Positions 1 to 9,507 are shown, counted from the stretch's first letter. The stretch is DNA of 64,000 bases from Clostridia bacterium (GCA_017537175.1 JAFYLH010000001.1:15387-79386), one strand, 5' to 3'. Made by a program: numbers and translations. The notes: generated by a model not told the origin, from the sequence alone.

Positions 1-888
1 CCTGCCGAGATAGATAACCTCTTTAAGGTAAACTCTGCGGCGGCAATAAAGGTCATAAGAGCCTTCTATGACCGTATAAAGGCAAACGAGCCCTTCTACT
101 GCGGTGTTATGGGCTCTATAGCAGGACTTGTAAGCTCCCCTATGTTCTCGGTCTATGCCGCAACAAAGGCGGCTGTCTGCCGCTTTACAGAGAGTGTAAA
201 CACAGAGCTTGAAGCATATGGTACACCTAACCGTATCCTCAATGTATCTCCCGGCTCTATTAAGGGAACCCGCTTTAACGGCGGTGAAAACGATCTCAGT
301 CAGACCGAGGCTCTGGCGGGTGAAATAGTACAAAATCTGTTTAACCACAGCGAGCTGTTTATACCTCAGTTTGATGAGACCTTTAAGGGTGTAATTGAGC
401 GCTACAATGCCGACCCCCACGCCTTTGGACAGAGCAGCTATGAGTACAAAAAGTCCTCCGGCAGAGCCGCAAATGAGAATAAGGTGGTTATAGGATATCT
501 TTCGGGAACATTTGACCTCTTCCATGTAGGCCACCTCAACCTTATCCGCAATGCAAAACAGCTGTGTGACTATCTTATAGTAGGCGTTCATCCAGATGCA
601 TCCCACAAGGGCAAGGAGACCTTTATCCCCTTTGATGAGCGTATGGCGGTCGTAGGTGCGATACAGTATGTTGACAAGGTGGTACAGTCTGTACCCGAGG
701 ACAGCGAGGCCTGGGAAAAGTGGCACTTCAACAAGCTCTTTGTAGGCAGCGACTACAAGGGAACCGAGAGATTTTTACGCTACGAAAAGTATTTTGAGGA
801 CAAGGGCGTTGAGATAGTGTATTTCCCTTATACCAAGAGCACAAACAGCACGCAGATAAGAGATCTGATTGTTAAGAAGTCGAAATGA
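1..888 (+). CDS. Short-chain dehydrogenase/reductase C-terminal part fused to a TagD-like cytidylyltransferase (5' end lies outside the window)
   Basis: Frame 1 is open from base 1. It has the SDR catalytic YxxxK motif (SVYAATKAA), followed by the cytidylyltransferase HxGH motif (GTFDLFHVGHLNLI). The stop overlaps the next start (ATGA at 885-888). Confidence 0.7.
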   Translation, partial: PAEIDNLFKVNSAAAIKVIRAFYDRIKANEPFYCGVMGSIAGLVSSPMFSVYAATKAAVCRFTESVNTELEAYGTPNRILNVSPGSIKGTRFNGGENDLSQTEALAGEIVQNLFNHSELFIPQFDETFKGVIERYNADPHAFGQSSYEYKKSSGRAANENKVVIGYLSGTFDLFHVGHLNLIRNAKQLCDYLIVGVHPDASHKGKETFIPFDERMAVVGAIQYVDKVVQSVPEDSEAWEKWHFNKLFVGSDYKGTERFLRYEKYFEDKGVEIVYFPYTKSTNSTQIRDLIVKKSK

Positions 889-1412
889 ATTTTACAGAAA
901 TTGCATTAAACCGTCAATCCTGCCGTAGCTACGACCCGACAAGACCGGTAGAAGATGAAAAACTGAATGCCATACTTGAATCGGCAAGGCTCTCCCCTTC
1001 CGCCTGTAACTCTCAGCCCTATCATATAACCGTATGCAAGGGCGAGAAGGCAAAAGAAGTAGCAAAAGCCTGTCAGGGTATGGGAATGAATAAATTTGCC
1101 GACAAGGCACCTGTTATGCTTGTAATATCCGAAATGCCCTATAACAAGACAGCAGCCATCGGAGCAAAGCTTAAGGACAATGACTACCGTTCTATAGATA
1201 TCGGCATACTTACCGCCTATATCACCGCAGAGGCAACGGCACAGGGACTTTCTACCTGTATCCTCGGCTGGCTCGACGATAAAAAGCTCCGTACCATCTG
1301 CGGAATCGATAACAAGGTAAGGCTTGTTATTACCCTTGGGTATGCGTCAGCGGATGATAAGCTCAGAGCAAAGAAGCGCAAGGATATTGATGAATTGGTA
1401 AAGAGAATATAA
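885..1412 (+). CDS. Nitroreductase family protein
   Basis: 175 aa. The N-terminus (ALNRQSCRSYDP ... SPSACNSQP) is typical of the NfnB/NADH-oxidase-like nitroreductase fold. The start overlaps the upstream stop (ATGA). Confidence 0.8.
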   Translation: MNFTEIALNRQSCRSYDPTRPVEDEKLNAILESARLSPSACNSQPYHITVCKGEKAKEVAKACQGMGMNKFADKAPVMLVISEMPYNKTAAIGAKLKDNDYRSIDIGILTAYITAEATAQGLSTCILGWLDDKKLRTICGIDNKVRLVITLGYASADDKLRAKKRKDIDELVKRI

Positions 1413-1443
1413 GACAAAAAGGACTGCGATTGCAGTCCTTTTG

Positions 1444-4400
1444 TTATGCAGCTAAAGCATTGGCATTGATGCTGTCAATAATCTTTTTTATACCAAACCA
1501 TACCGTTACATCGGTAAACACCTCAACGATGCTTCCGTTATCGGTAAAGGGTGATTCAGTAAGAATAGACATATCCTTCAACAAGCCGTTATGTACAATA
1601 TACTCTACTATCTGATTAACAAAGTATATCTGTTTGCTGTTAAGATTAGTATCATTAAGATACTCGGCAAAAGCTGTTTTTGCGGCATTCATATCAAGCC
1701 CGACGATTTCACGAACAAACTCACCAAGAGGCTTGTTACCGTATTCTGCTTCATAATCAGCCTTTGTGCCGACCTCACTCCACAGGATCTTTTCCAGAGC
1801 CTCAACATCCTCGTGGGTCAAAGGCTCGTTTGATTTTAATTTGGCAATAACAGCCTCGTTCTGATGCTGACGGACATAGAACTCCGCTTTTGCCTTATAG
1901 TTGGCAAGATCGTCGTTTTCAAGCTCGGATTCGTTCCAGTCTATAGCCAGTATTTCATCATCAAAATTTGTATTAAAAGTGATATGATTTACCGGAATAT
2001 ACTTAATAAGATCACGAAGCTTTTCTCGGATATGCTCAAACTCATTTATACCCGCATTATCTAAATAATCGGTATGAAGCAATTTGTCTATAAGCTCGCT
2101 TTGTGCAGTGATCTCGGGGATATTTCCGCCTATCTTTGCAAGAGCCGAAACCTTTTTATATAGATCGGTACGGGCTCTGGAATACTTTTTACCCACAAGA
2201 TATGCAAGCTCGATGCCGTACATCAATGCATCAAAGCGGACAGCCTTTGCTTCATCGTCATAGGGGGTTATAAGCGGTGCAAGCTCGTCTGTCATTTTTA
2301 AGGTATCTTCGTAGGTTAAGGTAGTATAGTTGTCCGGATTGGAATAGAGCTCAACATACCGTAAATGCTGTTTGACAGCAAAGTTCTCTTTGTTAAGCTC
2401 CCTTACCTTTGTGACCATATCATCAACAAGAGCTTTTCTGAACTCAATAAGCTCGGGACTCTGGAAATCAATGTCCTGCAGTTTGTATGCGATCTGTGAT
2501 TTCAAGCTGAATATAGCACCCTGTACAGATAACTGATTTGCATTAGCTCTGCCGTTTACGTTCATACGGAAGAACTCAAAGTTACCGCAAAAATCAAAGA
2601 TATAGAAAATTTTCTTATCCTCGCCGTCGATAAGTCCGTCACACTTACGCGTACCTCTGCCTATCATCTGCCAGAACTTCGCTTTACTCATTACCTTTTT
2701 GAAGAATACAAGATTCAAGGCTTCGGGAACGTCTATACCCGTGTCAAGCATATCAACGGAAATAGCGATCTGTGGCAACTTTTTAGCATCGGAAAATTCA
2801 TCTATGGCACTCTGCGCATAGGTCATATAGTTATCAATGACCTTGGCATAACCGGGCAGATGGGGATATTCCTTGTTGAAGATATCGTATATCTTCTCTG
2901 CGTGTCTGTGATTCTTGGCAAAGATAATGGTCTTTCCTATCTTTGAGCCATAGTCGATCTTAAGACCGTGGGTCATAAGAACATTGAGAACTTCCTTGAT
3001 GGTATCCTCGTTAAAGAGCCATTGATTGAGAGCAGATGAATTTATCTTCTCTGGCAGTTCTCCGTTTTCATCGGTAAAGGTAGCTTCGTATGCTTCCTTG
3101 TCCTCGTCGGACAGCTCGTCGTAAACTATTCCCTGTTCGATGAATTTGAGCTTTGTTTCTATGGTCATAAAGTCTACAAGGTAGCCGTCTCTGACCGCCT
3201 GTGCAAGCTCATAGCCGTAGGTGGGAACACCGTTTTCAAGCTCAAATATCTCATAGGTATTCTTATCTATCTCGTCCTTGGGTGTTGCGGTAAGTCCTAC
3301 AAGGGGAGCATCAAAATAGTTGAATATATCACGGTATTTGTTATATATTGACCTGTGGGCTTCATCACATATCACAAGGTCAAAATGACCGCAGGTAAAG
3401 AGCTTTCCCTTATCATCCTTGACCGAATCTATACAATTCATCATAGTCTGATAGGTTGAGAAAACACAATGTGCGTTATAGTTCTCCTTATCCTCACAGA
3501 GATTGGTAACCGAAAGATCGGGCAGCATATTGACAAAGCTGCGTTTTGCCTGTGTTACAAGAGAGTTACGGTCGGCAAGGAAAAGTATGTTCTTGACCCA
3601 GCCGTGATTTAGGAGAACGTCACACAGAGAAATAACCGTTCTTGTCTTGCCCGAGCCTGTAGCCATAACAAGCAGAGCCTTGCGGCGGTTACGTTCACCA
3701 AAGCTGTCGCATACAGCCTTGACAGCTCCCTCTTGATAATATCTGCCTGCGATATTCTTATCCACAGTAATATGCTTTAAGCTTGTACGCATAGTCTGCA
3801 GATTAAACAGCTTTTCAAGGTCACGCTTGGAGTATATAGCGGCAACTCTGCGCTCGGGATAGAGGTTATCCGTGATACGTGTATCAAAACCGTTGGTAAG
3901 GAATATAACAGGACGTCTGCCGTATTTCTTTTCAAGGAGGTCTGCATACAGCTTTGCCTGCTGTCTGCCCTTGGAAACGTCAACGCAGGTACGCTTGGCT
4001 TCTATAACAGCCAAGGCTCTGCCGTCATCCCCGTAAAGGACGTAATCGGCATAGCCTACCTCGGCATTGTTGGGCATACCCTCAAGCTCAACCTCGTTTA
4101 TCCAGTCCTTACCCTCTGCCCATCCCGCATCTATAAGCATAGCGTCGATATATACCTTTCGGGTGGTATATTCGGATATATCAAGAGGTTTGGGTACGTA
4201 GGTCTGCTGCTGCTCGGTACGTCTTGCGGTAAGCTCGTCCTTTAACGCCTTGTTTTCGGCTATAAGAGCTTCAAAGTCAACGTCGGGTATCTCTGCCTTG
4301 ACAGGTTCTTGGGTAGGCTTAAGCAGCGAAGGATCAAACTCGCCGCTCTCATACTCCTCACCGTAGCAGTAAGCTATAAAGTCAAGGAAGATATAGAGGT

Positions 4401-4737
4401 TTTCAAGACAAAGTACCGCCTGTTCGTAGGTCAGCTTTTTACCTGTATGAGCGGCATTATTACCTAAAGTGCGGATAAGCTTAAGGCGTTCCCATATATC
4501 GTTACCTACGATATCTCTGAAATCCTCGTTATCTGTAAGGCTTCTTAAACTGTCATCCCAAGGCATAGTGAGAGAACTGTCAACCGAATACATCCATTTG
4601 ACAGCAAACTCCATAGCCCTGCGGCAGTTAACGACACAGGCAGACAGGTCAATATGTAATATCTTCTCTGCAGCTATAGCAACATCTGAAAATGTGTCAA
4701 ACTGCGGGGATTTTTTTAGGAATTTAAAGTTAGTCAT
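1444..4737 (-). CDS. hsdR: Type I restriction enzyme R subunit
   Basis: 1097 aa with SF2 helicase motif I (MATGSGKTRT) and a DEAH box (VICDEAHRS). The long N- and C-terminal extensions are typical of HsdR. It is in an operon with hsdM and hsdS. Confidence 0.93.
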   Translation of the reverse strand: MTNFKFLKKSPQFDTFSDVAIAAEKILHIDLSACVVNCRRAMEFAVKWMYSVDSSLTMPWDDSLRSLTDNEDFRDIVGNDIWERLKLIRTLGNNAAHTGKKLTYEQAVLCLENLYIFLDFIAYCYGEEYESGEFDPSLLKPTQEPVKAEIPDVDFEALIAENKALKDELTARRTEQQQTYVPKPLDISEYTTRKVYIDAMLIDAGWAEGKDWINEVELEGMPNNAEVGYADYVLYGDDGRALAVIEAKRTCVDVSKGRQQAKLYADLLEKKYGRRPVIFLTNGFDTRITDNLYPERRVAAIYSKRDLEKLFNLQTMRTSLKHITVDKNIAGRYYQEGAVKAVCDSFGERNRRKALLVMATGSGKTRTVISLCDVLLNHGWVKNILFLADRNSLVTQAKRSFVNMLPDLSVTNLCEDKENYNAHCVFSTYQTMMNCIDSVKDDKGKLFTCGHFDLVICDEAHRSIYNKYRDIFNYFDAPLVGLTATPKDEIDKNTYEIFELENGVPTYGYELAQAVRDGYLVDFMTIETKLKFIEQGIVYDELSDEDKEAYEATFTDENGELPEKINSSALNQWLFNEDTIKEVLNVLMTHGLKIDYGSKIGKTIIFAKNHRHAEKIYDIFNKEYPHLPGYAKVIDNYMTYAQSAIDEFSDAKKLPQIAISVDMLDTGIDVPEALNLVFFKKVMSKAKFWQMIGRGTRKCDGLIDGEDKKIFYIFDFCGNFEFFRMNVNGRANANQLSVQGAIFSLKSQIAYKLQDIDFQSPELIEFRKALVDDMVTKVRELNKENFAVKQHLRYVELYSNPDNYTTLTYEDTLKMTDELAPLITPYDDEAKAVRFDALMYGIELAYLVGKKYSRARTDLYKKVSALAKIGGNIPEITAQSELIDKLLHTDYLDNAGINEFEHIREKLRDLIKYIPVNHITFNTNFDDEILAIDWNESELENDDLANYKAKAEFYVRQHQNEAVIAKLKSNEPLTHEDVEALEKILWSEVGTKADYEAEYGNKPLGEFVREIVGLDMNAAKTAFAEYLNDTNLNSKQIYFVNQIVEYIVHNGLLKDMSILTESPFTDNGSIVEVFTDVTVWFGIKKIIDSINANALAA

Positions 4738-5573
4738 CGGGAGTTCTCTCCTATGTACCGAGATAAATTATATTCTTCTTTTGAAATAAGCATCTTAGCT
4801 GATTTAGAGTGAACTTGATACAAATTAAGAAAATCTACAAATTCATCTCCTATTAAAATTACCCTGTTGTTAAAGTCATTCGCAGAATCTATAAATGCAA
4901 AAAAATAGTCTGGAGATATAGGAAAACCTATCATATCAAATTTTACATTTTTATATTCACCGTCTAAATTTATAATTGGGCAATCGCTTGTTATAAATTT
5001 GTGGTTTTTCGCTTTTAATATAAACGCGTTATTTTCGCTTATTGTGGATTGCATAGCCGGTATATATAATGCATGGTCATCCATACTTAAAAAATATTTC
5101 AAGAAGGCAAATGTTGTTATATCTAAAATATGCTTAGAATCACCACAACTACTTAATGATTTAATGTTTTGCTTCACATATTGTTTCGACAAGTTCACAA
5201 AAATCGGATGGCGTAGTATGGTGAGTGCCATAAATTTTGACAATATGTTTCTATCTTCATCTGATATCATCTCATCATTAGATTTCAGATGCAAAGAATC
5301 GAGTTTATTTATAACTGATTTATATTTGCCTTCTATCCCTATAAAACTATTTTCTATGCTGTTTCTATTAATATATATTTCATTACCGGTATCATCTTTG
5401 TATTTTTGCTCATACAAATCATTACAAAGACAAATATCATCAATAGAAACAAATTTACAATGACTTTCACTATTTATAATAATATATACCATTCTTGCTT
5501 TTTTACATTTTGTAGCAAAGGAACTTAAATAAGATTTGGGCAAGTAGTGTTGTCTTTTTGTTTTAGTTGTCAT
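4734..5573 (-). CDS. DUF4238-like protein embedded in the Type I R-M operon
   Basis: 279 aa. The N-terminal KRQHYLPKSYLSSF matches my recollection of the DUF4238 signature (HYvPqfYLr.F). Its stop overlaps the hsdR start (ATGA at 4734-4737). Confidence 0.7.
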   Translation of the reverse strand: MTTKTKRQHYLPKSYLSSFATKCKKARMVYIIINSESHCKFVSIDDICLCNDLYEQKYKDDTGNEIYINRNSIENSFIGIEGKYKSVINKLDSLHLKSNDEMISDEDRNILSKFMALTILRHPIFVNLSKQYVKQNIKSLSSCGDSKHILDITTFAFLKYFLSMDDHALYIPAMQSTISENNAFILKAKNHKFITSDCPIINLDGEYKNVKFDMIGFPISPDYFFAFIDSANDFNNRVILIGDEFVDFLNLYQVHSKSAKMLISKEEYNLSRYIGENSR

Positions 5574-5592
5574 ATTGATTATTTTACAGACT

Positions 5593-5769
5593 CTACATCA
5601 TTTGGAATAAACTGTATATTCCTTTATATTGTGCAAACTCATATGCAAGTTTTCGTTGCTCTTCAAGGGTTAAGGCACTAATTGCTTTATCGGTTTCTAA
5701 CAATAGTTTCTTTGCATTTTCATAGTTATTCTTTGGTTCGCCATCTAATTTCCATTTAATATCTGTCAT
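5593..5769 (-). CDS. Small hypothetical protein (58 aa), not in the ORF track
   Basis: Hand translation gives MTDIKWKLDGEPKNNYENAKKLLLETDKAISALTLEEQRKLAYEFAQYKGIYSLFQMM*. A GAGGTG Shine-Dalgarno sits 6 nt upstream of the ATG. It lies between hsdS and the DUF4238 gene. Confidence 0.4.
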   Translation of the reverse strand: MTDIKWKLDGEPKNNYENAKKLLLETDKAISALTLEEQRKLAYEFAQYKGIYSLFQMM

Positions 5770-5790
5770 TATTTCACCTCTTTAGACTAA

Positions 5791-5819
5791 ATTATAACAT
5801 CAGTTTTGAAAAGACACAA
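5791..5819 (-). promoter_or_regulatory. Putative internal promoter for small ORF, DUF4238 and hsdR
   Basis: In minus-sense: TTGTGT, 17 nt, then the extended -10 TGTTATAAT, about 20 nt upstream of the small-ORF RBS. Confidence 0.35.
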
Positions 5820-5847
5820 TGTCATTTTCATGTCATTTAAGTGTCAT
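5820..5847 (-). promoter_or_regulatory. Three phased TGTCAT (ATGACA) direct repeats next to the internal promoter
   Basis: TGTCAT occurs at 5820, 5831 and 5842, spaced exactly 11 bp apart (one helical turn). The repeats sit immediately upstream of the putative -35. Confidence 0.3.
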
Positions 5848-5871
5848 ATTAATGCTATTTTCGTGTAATTC

Positions 5872-6930
5872 TCATCCAAAATATTTTTGCATTAATGCTT
5901 TTTTTAGTGTTTCAAGTTTTTCAAGGCTTTCTTGAACTGCCAATTTTGATTTGTCGGTCTGTTCCAAAAAATCAACATATCTCTTTTGTTCTAATACATT
6001 CACATTAGGAACCATAAGTCTATTAAAATCTTTAAGATTCAAATTATTCCTAACATCTCGCGAATATTTCTTAAGTTGTTCTTTACCCGAACCGTAATTT
6101 AGGAAACTTGAAACAAATCTTGGATAGTATCTACTTACATCATTTATTCTTGTTACAATCGTAGCAAATCCCAATGAGTTATTGAATTCTTCTCCAACCA
6201 CAGCAGATGTACCTATATCGCCAGTGTGTACTGTAACAATATCATTAGTCTTATGCATCCTGCTCTTATTCGCTTCTGCAAATTCCACATCTAAATATGT
6301 CCCATCCCATACGATTTTGTCGCTCTTTATACTTGAATTAAACAAAAGGGGTGTTCCATTATTGCAGTAGTGTTTTGTCATGGTCGTAACTAAACCTATA
6401 TATGTGTGTGCAATATCAGTAATATTCACAAAATCACTAACATTCCCAAACAGTTCGACAAATCGTGCTTTGACGAGTTCGTTAAGTTTTTGTAATTGAG
6501 TAACACTATCTAAAATTAGATTATCAACTGAAGTTAAAATAGTAATGACTTCATCCTGTTCCGCAAGTGATGGGAGAGGAATGTCAATGTTAAGCAAATT
6601 TGCTTTTGTCAAACTCGGAATAGTTACAGTAGTGTTAAGTGCTTCAAAATTGAAATTTTCACAAAAGTAGTACAGATATTTTGGATGCAGAATGTCCTTG
6701 TTTGCCTGTAACCCAAATGCAGTATCTACATTCCAAAAAGGTGTTTCGACATAAATAGGGTTGTTGATTGTGCCTTTTCTACCAATAATAACTGTGTGTG
6801 GTTCGCAAATATAATGATCAGCATATCCCATTATTCCCCCACTACCATATATAGGGTATTTACCGTTAGGATTTTCAACCTGTTTTTGATTTTTACCGTT
6901 CTTTATTTCTAAAACATCAGAAAATTTCAT
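5872..6930 (-). CDS. hsdS: Type I restriction-modification specificity subunit
   Basis: 352 aa with two target-recognition-like halves separated by a conserved helical spacer (LPSLAEQDEV...). The N-terminus is typical (KNGKNQK...YPIYGSGG). It lies between hsdM and hsdR. Confidence 0.9.
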   Translation of the reverse strand: MKFSDVLEIKNGKNQKQVENPNGKYPIYGSGGIMGYADHYICEPHTVIIGRKGTINNPIYVETPFWNVDTAFGLQANKDILHPKYLYYFCENFNFEALNTTVTIPSLTKANLLNIDIPLPSLAEQDEVITILTSVDNLILDSVTQLQKLNELVKARFVELFGNVSDFVNITDIAHTYIGLVTTMTKHYCNNGTPLLFNSSIKSDKIVWDGTYLDVEFAEANKSRMHKTNDIVTVHTGDIGTSAVVGEEFNNSLGFATIVTRINDVSRYYPRFVSSFLNYGSGKEQLKKYSRDVRNNLNLKDFNRLMVPNVNVLEQKRYVDFLEQTDKSKLAVQESLEKLETLKKALMQKYFG

Positions 6931-6941
6931 AGCATCCCCCC

Positions 6942-8444
6942 TTACAATCCAAGCAAAGAATTAAGCTCGTCCATTTTCTCGGAAATCTGCTTCTGTAATT
7001 CGTATAAATCTGCCATTAACTCCTCGGTAGACGGATATTCTACAGGCACGTACTCGGTCTTTTTATACTTATTGATAGAAAGATCATAGTCGTTTGAAAC
7101 GATCTCCTCTTTGGATACAAAGAAGGATTTTTCGGTTCTTTCGCTTTCCTTTTCGGCTTCGAGATTTCTGAAACGTGCGATAATATCGGGTATATCATTG
7201 TCGGCTATAGCTGTACGCTTATCATCAAGGCTGTAGCCGTCGGCGGTCATATCATAGAACCAAACATTATCTGTACCGCCGTGTCCGGTCTTGGTAAAGA
7301 TAAGTATACCGGTAGATACACCTGCATAGGGCTTGAATACTCCGGAAGGCATAGAGATAACGGCTTCAAGGCGGTTGTTCTCTATAATCTCTCGGCGGAT
7401 AGCCTTATGTGCGGTAGAAGAACCAAAGAGGACTCCGTCGGGAACGATACAAGCACATCTGCCGCCTATGCGGAGCATACGCAGAAAGAGGGCTAAGAAA
7501 AGAAGCTCGGTCTTTTTGGTCTTGCAGACCTTGAGAAGATCAGCCGATACGGTATCATAGTCAAGACTGCCCTTGAATGGGGGATTGGCAAGGATAAGGC
7601 TATACTTGTCCTTGTCGAGGTTCTGGTCGGACAGGCTGTCACGGTATTCTATATAGGGACGGTCTACACCGTGGGTCATCATATTCATAGCACCGATACG
7701 GAGCATGGTTCTGTCCATATCATAGCCGTGGAACATATGATTCATATAATGATCCTTTTTGACGTTGTTAAAAAAGATCTCTTCTCTGTGATTTTCCTTT
7801 AAGTATTCTCCAGCACTTACAAGGAATCCTGATGTACCGCAGGCAGGGTCACAAATAACATCATCGGCCTTTGGCTGCATAAGCTCAACCATCATATGTA
7901 TGATATGTCTAGGGGTACGGAACTGACCGTTAAGCCCTGACTGTGCTATCTTATTGAGAAGATACTCGTATACGTCTCCGCGGATATCCTTATCCTCGGA
8001 TTTTGACATAAGGTCGTATATCTCGTCAAGGGCGTCTATTACCTTTGAGAGAAGCAGGGGTGTAGGCAGCTTGAAGATAGCATCATCCATATACTTGGAA
8101 TATGCGCTGTCCTTGTTTGCATCAAGGGTCTTTAAAAAAGGAAATACAAAATCCTGCATTATGGAATATGTCTGTCCTGCGTTGAGATCACGGAAAACAG
8201 ACCATCTGAGCTGGTTTGCATCTATTTCTCTGCCGTTAATATTTACAATTCCGGCAAAACGGCTTTTGTACTCTAAACCTAACATCAGCGATTCTTTTGC
8301 ACGGAGATTGTCGGTATCGTCAAGATCGCGGATAAACATAAGGTATGTGATCTGTTCTATAACGTCAAGAGGATTTACAAGTCCCCCTGCCGCAAATATA
8401 TCCCATAAGCTGTCTATTTTATTTTTGAGTTCGCCTGTTATCAT
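6942..8444 (-). CDS. hsdM: Type I restriction-modification N6-adenine DNA methyltransferase subunit
   Basis: 500 aa with the SAM-binding motif DPACGTSGFL, the catalytic NPPF (LANPPFKGS) and an N-terminal HsdM_N-like region. Confidence 0.95.
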   Translation of the reverse strand: MITGELKNKIDSLWDIFAAGGLVNPLDVIEQITYLMFIRDLDDTDNLRAKESLMLGLEYKSRFAGIVNINGREIDANQLRWSVFRDLNAGQTYSIMQDFVFPFLKTLDANKDSAYSKYMDDAIFKLPTPLLLSKVIDALDEIYDLMSKSEDKDIRGDVYEYLLNKIAQSGLNGQFRTPRHIIHMMVELMQPKADDVICDPACGTSGFLVSAGEYLKENHREEIFFNNVKKDHYMNHMFHGYDMDRTMLRIGAMNMMTHGVDRPYIEYRDSLSDQNLDKDKYSLILANPPFKGSLDYDTVSADLLKVCKTKKTELLFLALFLRMLRIGGRCACIVPDGVLFGSSTAHKAIRREIIENNRLEAVISMPSGVFKPYAGVSTGILIFTKTGHGGTDNVWFYDMTADGYSLDDKRTAIADNDIPDIIARFRNLEAEKESERTEKSFFVSKEEIVSNDYDLSINKYKKTEYVPVEYPSTEELMADLYELQKQISEKMDELNSLLGL

Positions 8445-8497
8445 ATTTACCTCGTTTTGGGTGATATCCTAAAAAAATTTATAATTATACAAAATAT

Positions 8498-8526
8498 ATT
8501 ATAATACAATATTCTTTTTATTTCAA
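8498..8526 (-). promoter_or_regulatory. Putative hsdM promoter
   Basis: In minus-sense: TTGAAA, 17 nt, TATAAT. A GAGGT RBS precedes the hsdM ATG. Confidence 0.4.
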
Positions 8527-8533
8527 GGTATAT

Positions 8534-8562
8534 TTGACATTTGTACTTAATTATGATATAAT
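8534..8562 (+). promoter_or_regulatory. Putative promoter of the 8596 gene (divergent from hsdM)
   Basis: TTGACA, 17 nt, then TGATATAAT (extended -10 with a consensus hexamer). Confidence 0.45.
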
Positions 8563-8595
8563 TTATTCATATAATAAATACAAGGAGTTATATCA

Positions 8596-9366
8596 ATGGG
8601 TAGACTGTTAGGTGCGCACGATTCGGATGAGCTTGACCGCCCCGATCTTAATAAATGTCCTGACTGCGGATGCTTTTTCCCTCAGGACAACTGTCCCTTA
8701 TGCGGCAAGGAATGTCCCGAGGCCTTCCGCGCGGGTAACCGTAAAAAGGTAAAGCATAAAAAGCACAAGAATTCATCAGGCAGAGTCAGATTTGTAGAAT
8801 GGTATCACAGCTGGTGGTTTATTGCCATAATGATGGTGTTTATGCCTGTTATAGGCATCATACTGCTCTTGACAAGTCCTCACAAAAAGGGTATCAAGAT
8901 CACCCTTGTGGTTATTGCCGCGGTATATTTTTTGGTTACCACATTCGGTATAGGCAGTATAGTATCAAGGGTTACAAATATTTTCAGCGAGCCTGTAGAA
9001 AGACTTCCCTATGAGGAATATACTCAAAAATGCGATACCGTTACCCCCGAGGACTTCTATCGCTCACCTAACAGCTACAAGGGAGATTTTGTCTGCCTTG
9101 AGCTTAAGGTAAAGAGTAAGTTCGTAGACCTTGTGGGATACTATGACGGTCTTGAATACAACACATATTATGTATGTACCGACACAGAATACGGTGACAT
9201 TGAGATAATAGTCCGCGACTGTCAGAAGGAGCTCAAAAATTATAAGGAGGGCGACATTATCGCCGTGTACGGCGAGGGCGCGGGTATGGATAGCTTTGAT
9301 GATCTCAATTATGAGTATCACCAGGGTCCCTGCATATTTGCGGCTTATATTGAAATCAAGAATTAA
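8596..9366 (+). CDS. Zinc-ribbon membrane protein, function unknown
   Basis: 256 aa. It has an N-terminal CPDCG...CPLCG zinc-ribbon, a basic linker, two hydrophobic helices and a C-terminal soluble domain. An AAGGAG RBS is present. Confidence 0.6.
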   Translation: MGRLLGAHDSDELDRPDLNKCPDCGCFFPQDNCPLCGKECPEAFRAGNRKKVKHKKHKNSSGRVRFVEWYHSWWFIAIMMVFMPVIGIILLLTSPHKKGIKITLVVIAAVYFLVTTFGIGSIVSRVTNIFSEPVERLPYEEYTQKCDTVTPEDFYRSPNSYKGDFVCLELKVKSKFVDLVGYYDGLEYNTYYVCTDTEYGDIEIIVRDCQKELKNYKEGDIIAVYGEGAGMDSFDDLNYEYHQGPCIFAAYIEIKN

Positions 9367-9468
9367 ACGGGGGCGGCCGGGGTCCTCAAACCGAGCTTGC
9401 CGAGGTTTGGGGTTCGCTGCGGCAATATGCCGCCCTCTCATTTTGGCAAAGCCAAAATATATCAACTA

Positions 9469-9499
9469 AAAAAGGTTACCTCGTTTAGGTAACCTTTTT
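9469..9499. terminator. Bidirectional rho-independent terminator
   Basis: Perfect hairpin AAAAAGGTTACC-TCGTTT-AGGTAACCTTTTT between convergent genes. Confidence 0.6.
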
Positions 9500-9507
9500 A
9501 CATTACA

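Noticed and set aside
5872-6930. Phase-variable hsdS shufflon (extra hsdS fragments, inverted repeats, recombinase).
   Set aside because: There is only one complete hsdS. No partial hsdS copies and no site-specific recombinase lie in or near the locus.
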